Notes under the pieces: generated by a model | The model's database searches: none | Seen by the model: only the letters and a program-made list of their open reading frames with translations | What the model was told of the DNA's origin: nothing | Position numbers and translations under genes: made by a program | Source of the DNA: Lama guanicoe | Taxonomy: Eukaryota | Direction: 5' to 3' | Assembly (NCBI GenBank): GCA_013239625.1 | Contig: MU055600.1 | Span: 12,375,010 to 12,439,009 of the forward strand | DNA length: 64,000 nt | In this document: piece after piece, positions 61,852 to 64,000 of the stretch | Numbering within the stretch: position 1 is the first letter of the stretch | Layout: each line of letters begins with the position of its first letter

Positions 61852-63010
61852 TTAGCTGCATTTGTTAACCGGCTCTGGAGGTGGGGTGGAGTCCTGGGTG
61901 GGTAGCTGAGCTGTGCTCACCGGGCTAGTGGGACTCTGGTCTTCTTGTAGGGGGTCCAAGCTGAGCAGATGTAGTGCAAAGTGCACACCATTGCTCCGCA
62001 TTGGGTGATAGGAAGGTGGGTCAGCGTCCATGGCTTTATGTACACAGCACTCTAGCACAGAGTGGTCAATCCCCCTGCATTTACGCAGCATGTGCCAAAG
62101 CCAGTGGGAGCACAGCACCGGGCGCTGCCCCTGTTTAGATACAACACCTTCACAGTAGCCCAAAAATGTGTGCAGCTTGTGGCCACCAGGATTCTTGCCT
62201 ATGGGGATCACCCGACAAGTGTGAATCAGAGCTGAGCTTAGGTCATGTGACTCCAGCCCTAAGATCTCACACCCCCATCTCCCAGGAGCCGGTAGCCCTG
62301 CGCCACATGCTCTGGGCCCCCAAGCACCTGTCTTCAGGGACCTGTGCCATCTGCCCTGACCCACAGTCTTCATCCCCATGAAGCCCCGCCCATTGATGGA
62401 GTGGCGCTTGATGGGAAGCCTCTGTTCCAAGACAAGGGCCCTGTTTCAGCCAGAGACACTCACCCTGGAAGTGGATGATCTCTCCTTGGCCACAATACAC
62501 GCCCACATGGGCCCCGCACCAGCGTCCAGTGGGGGACATCAGCCTGAACAGGAAGAGGTCTCCAAGCTCAGGTTGGCTGCCCTCCAACTCCACAGCCTCA
62601 AAGAGCTGACCTAGGAAAACCTCAGATAGGAAGAACTTAATGGTGCTGACTTCCCCAGTTGGAGCCTGGAAGGAGGAATGGACCAGACCGCTGGGTTTTT
62701 GCAGGCCAGGATGAAGGAGAATCCAGTTCCTTTCACTGGTCATTGGGTTAGATGGGCTACCTAGGCCTCAGGGAGTCCTGGCTGGGGGCTAAGCCTGAGG
62801 TGAATGTCTTCACTATCCCACACCTGCCTCCTTGTGCTGAGGAACTTCAGAGGCCTGGACATCATGGATAAATCCTGCCCTGAGCCACCCTTCAGTTTCC
62901 AGCAGTTGGGACCTCCTCATCCAACATTTTCTTCCCATCTCAAATTCCAGCCTCTCCATCCTCTTCCCCTCCCCATCCTCTAGAATCCCCCTTCCCCAGT
63001 CTTCACCCAT
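61852..63010 (-). CDS. Divergent LRAT/PLAAT (HRASLS-like, permuted NlpC/P60) protein; exons 62464-62610 and 61852-62198, start uncertain (ATG 63010 in a micro-exon, or in-frame ATG 62743); catalytic Cys replaced by Gly, possibly a decaying pseudogene
   Basis: PELGDLFLFR...HVGVYCGQGEIIHF resembles PLAAT PKPGDLIEIFR..HWAIYVGDGYVVHL; YHPMRSNGVHFA resembles YxLxxxNCEHFV; phase-1 GT-AG intron 62199-62463. Confidence 0.7.
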
Positions 63011-64000
63011 CTTGCCATTCTCTGGAGGCAACACTGGGGACTGCTTATACCTAAGATGAGCAGAAGTCCTAAAGAAAGAGAGAAACCTGGGTGAGATCTA
63101 GATCCAGGACAGGCATCTTTTCCCAAGTCTGAGTGAGAGAAGACTCCTCCAACAGCCTCAGCTGCCAACATCTATTGAGCAACTGCTCATTTGATGCTTA
63201 ATATGATCTGACAAAATGGGTACACTATTCCCATTTTCAGGATAAAGAAGCCAAGGTTCACAGAAGTTATACATTGCCAGAGTACACACAGCTTAATCTA
63301 TGCCTGTGTGACTGTTTCTTGTGCCCTCTGTACTAAACATAAGTCACCTCTCTTATCTCCCTTTCCTCTACAAAGTAATGAGAAATGCATTTAGTTCATA
63401 TTTCTTCTACCTTTACTGGGAACAGAGGGCTTTGGAGACGGGAGGATGGCCTCCTGGGCTGTGCCTGAGCTTTGGTCTCAGAGAAAGCCTGAGAAAGGGG
63501 GTAAAAGTAGGGCCCGTTGAGCACTGAGCCATCTTGAGCTGGCAGAGGAGCTGGGAGAAGGAAGTGGCCCATTCACTGCTCACCCCTCTCCAGGTCTCTA
63601 TCTATTTTGGAAGGGAGGGGATTGACTCCAGCAGATATAACTTGGTGGGAAGGACCCACATACAAATGAGGAGCAGGGATGCCCAAGCCACACTACAGAG
63701 TGCCAACCACTGTGTGTGGCTCTCTGTGTCTCTCCTGTCCCCTGACCCTCTCCTTCCCTCCTGGCCTCAGTCCATAGTATCCTCTACCTATTACTGGGTG
63801 AGTCACATTTTCCCAAACTGGGAGCTGTGAAAGACTCGGGGGACCAACTCATCCCAGTCTTCCTGGGGCCTTCCAGGTTTGTAAAACTGAAAACCTTACA
63901 TCCCAGGAACCCAGCAAAATTTGGACGGCTGGTCACCTTAGGCTCAGTCCTCCTGTCTCCCATCTCTCTCTTTACCTCAGGAGACCACAGGAGGACCTAT

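Noticed and set aside
1-64000. Prokaryote-type features (CRISPR arrays, operons, rRNA)
   Set aside because: The sequence is mammalian, with spliceosomal introns and mammalian repeats; I saw no regularly spaced direct-repeat array or rRNA.

Overview
Mammalian genomic DNA, probably camelid (one tRNA-derived Vic-1-type SINE), syntenic with the human 15q25.2 CPEB1-AP3B2 interval. Three genes lie on the minus strand. (1) The 5' end of CPEB1: CpG-island promoter ~17.3-19.95 kb, coding exon 1 at 18969-18983 and exon 2 at 4348-4522; the rest lies left of the window. (2) The complete AP3B2 gene (neuronal AP-3 beta-2): 27 coding exons from ATG 60318 to TGA 29426, ~1103 aa; three N-runs hide exon 12 and parts of exons 8 and 15. 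(3) About 1.5 kb upstream of AP3B2, a spliced, intact but divergent LRAT/PLAAT (HRASLS, permuted NlpC/P60) family ORF that I cannot match to a named gene. It keeps both catalytic histidines, but NCEHF reads NGVHF and the exon shows signs of CpG decay. Other notable items: a decayed Ty3/Gypsy integrase (possibly with a chromodomain) in AP3B2 intron 14, a TSD-flanked 358-bp L1 5'-end/3'-end fusion element, several REST/RE1 sites, a 57-nt cassette exon, and many ordinary repeats. Repeat names come from recalled consensus sequences, not a database search.
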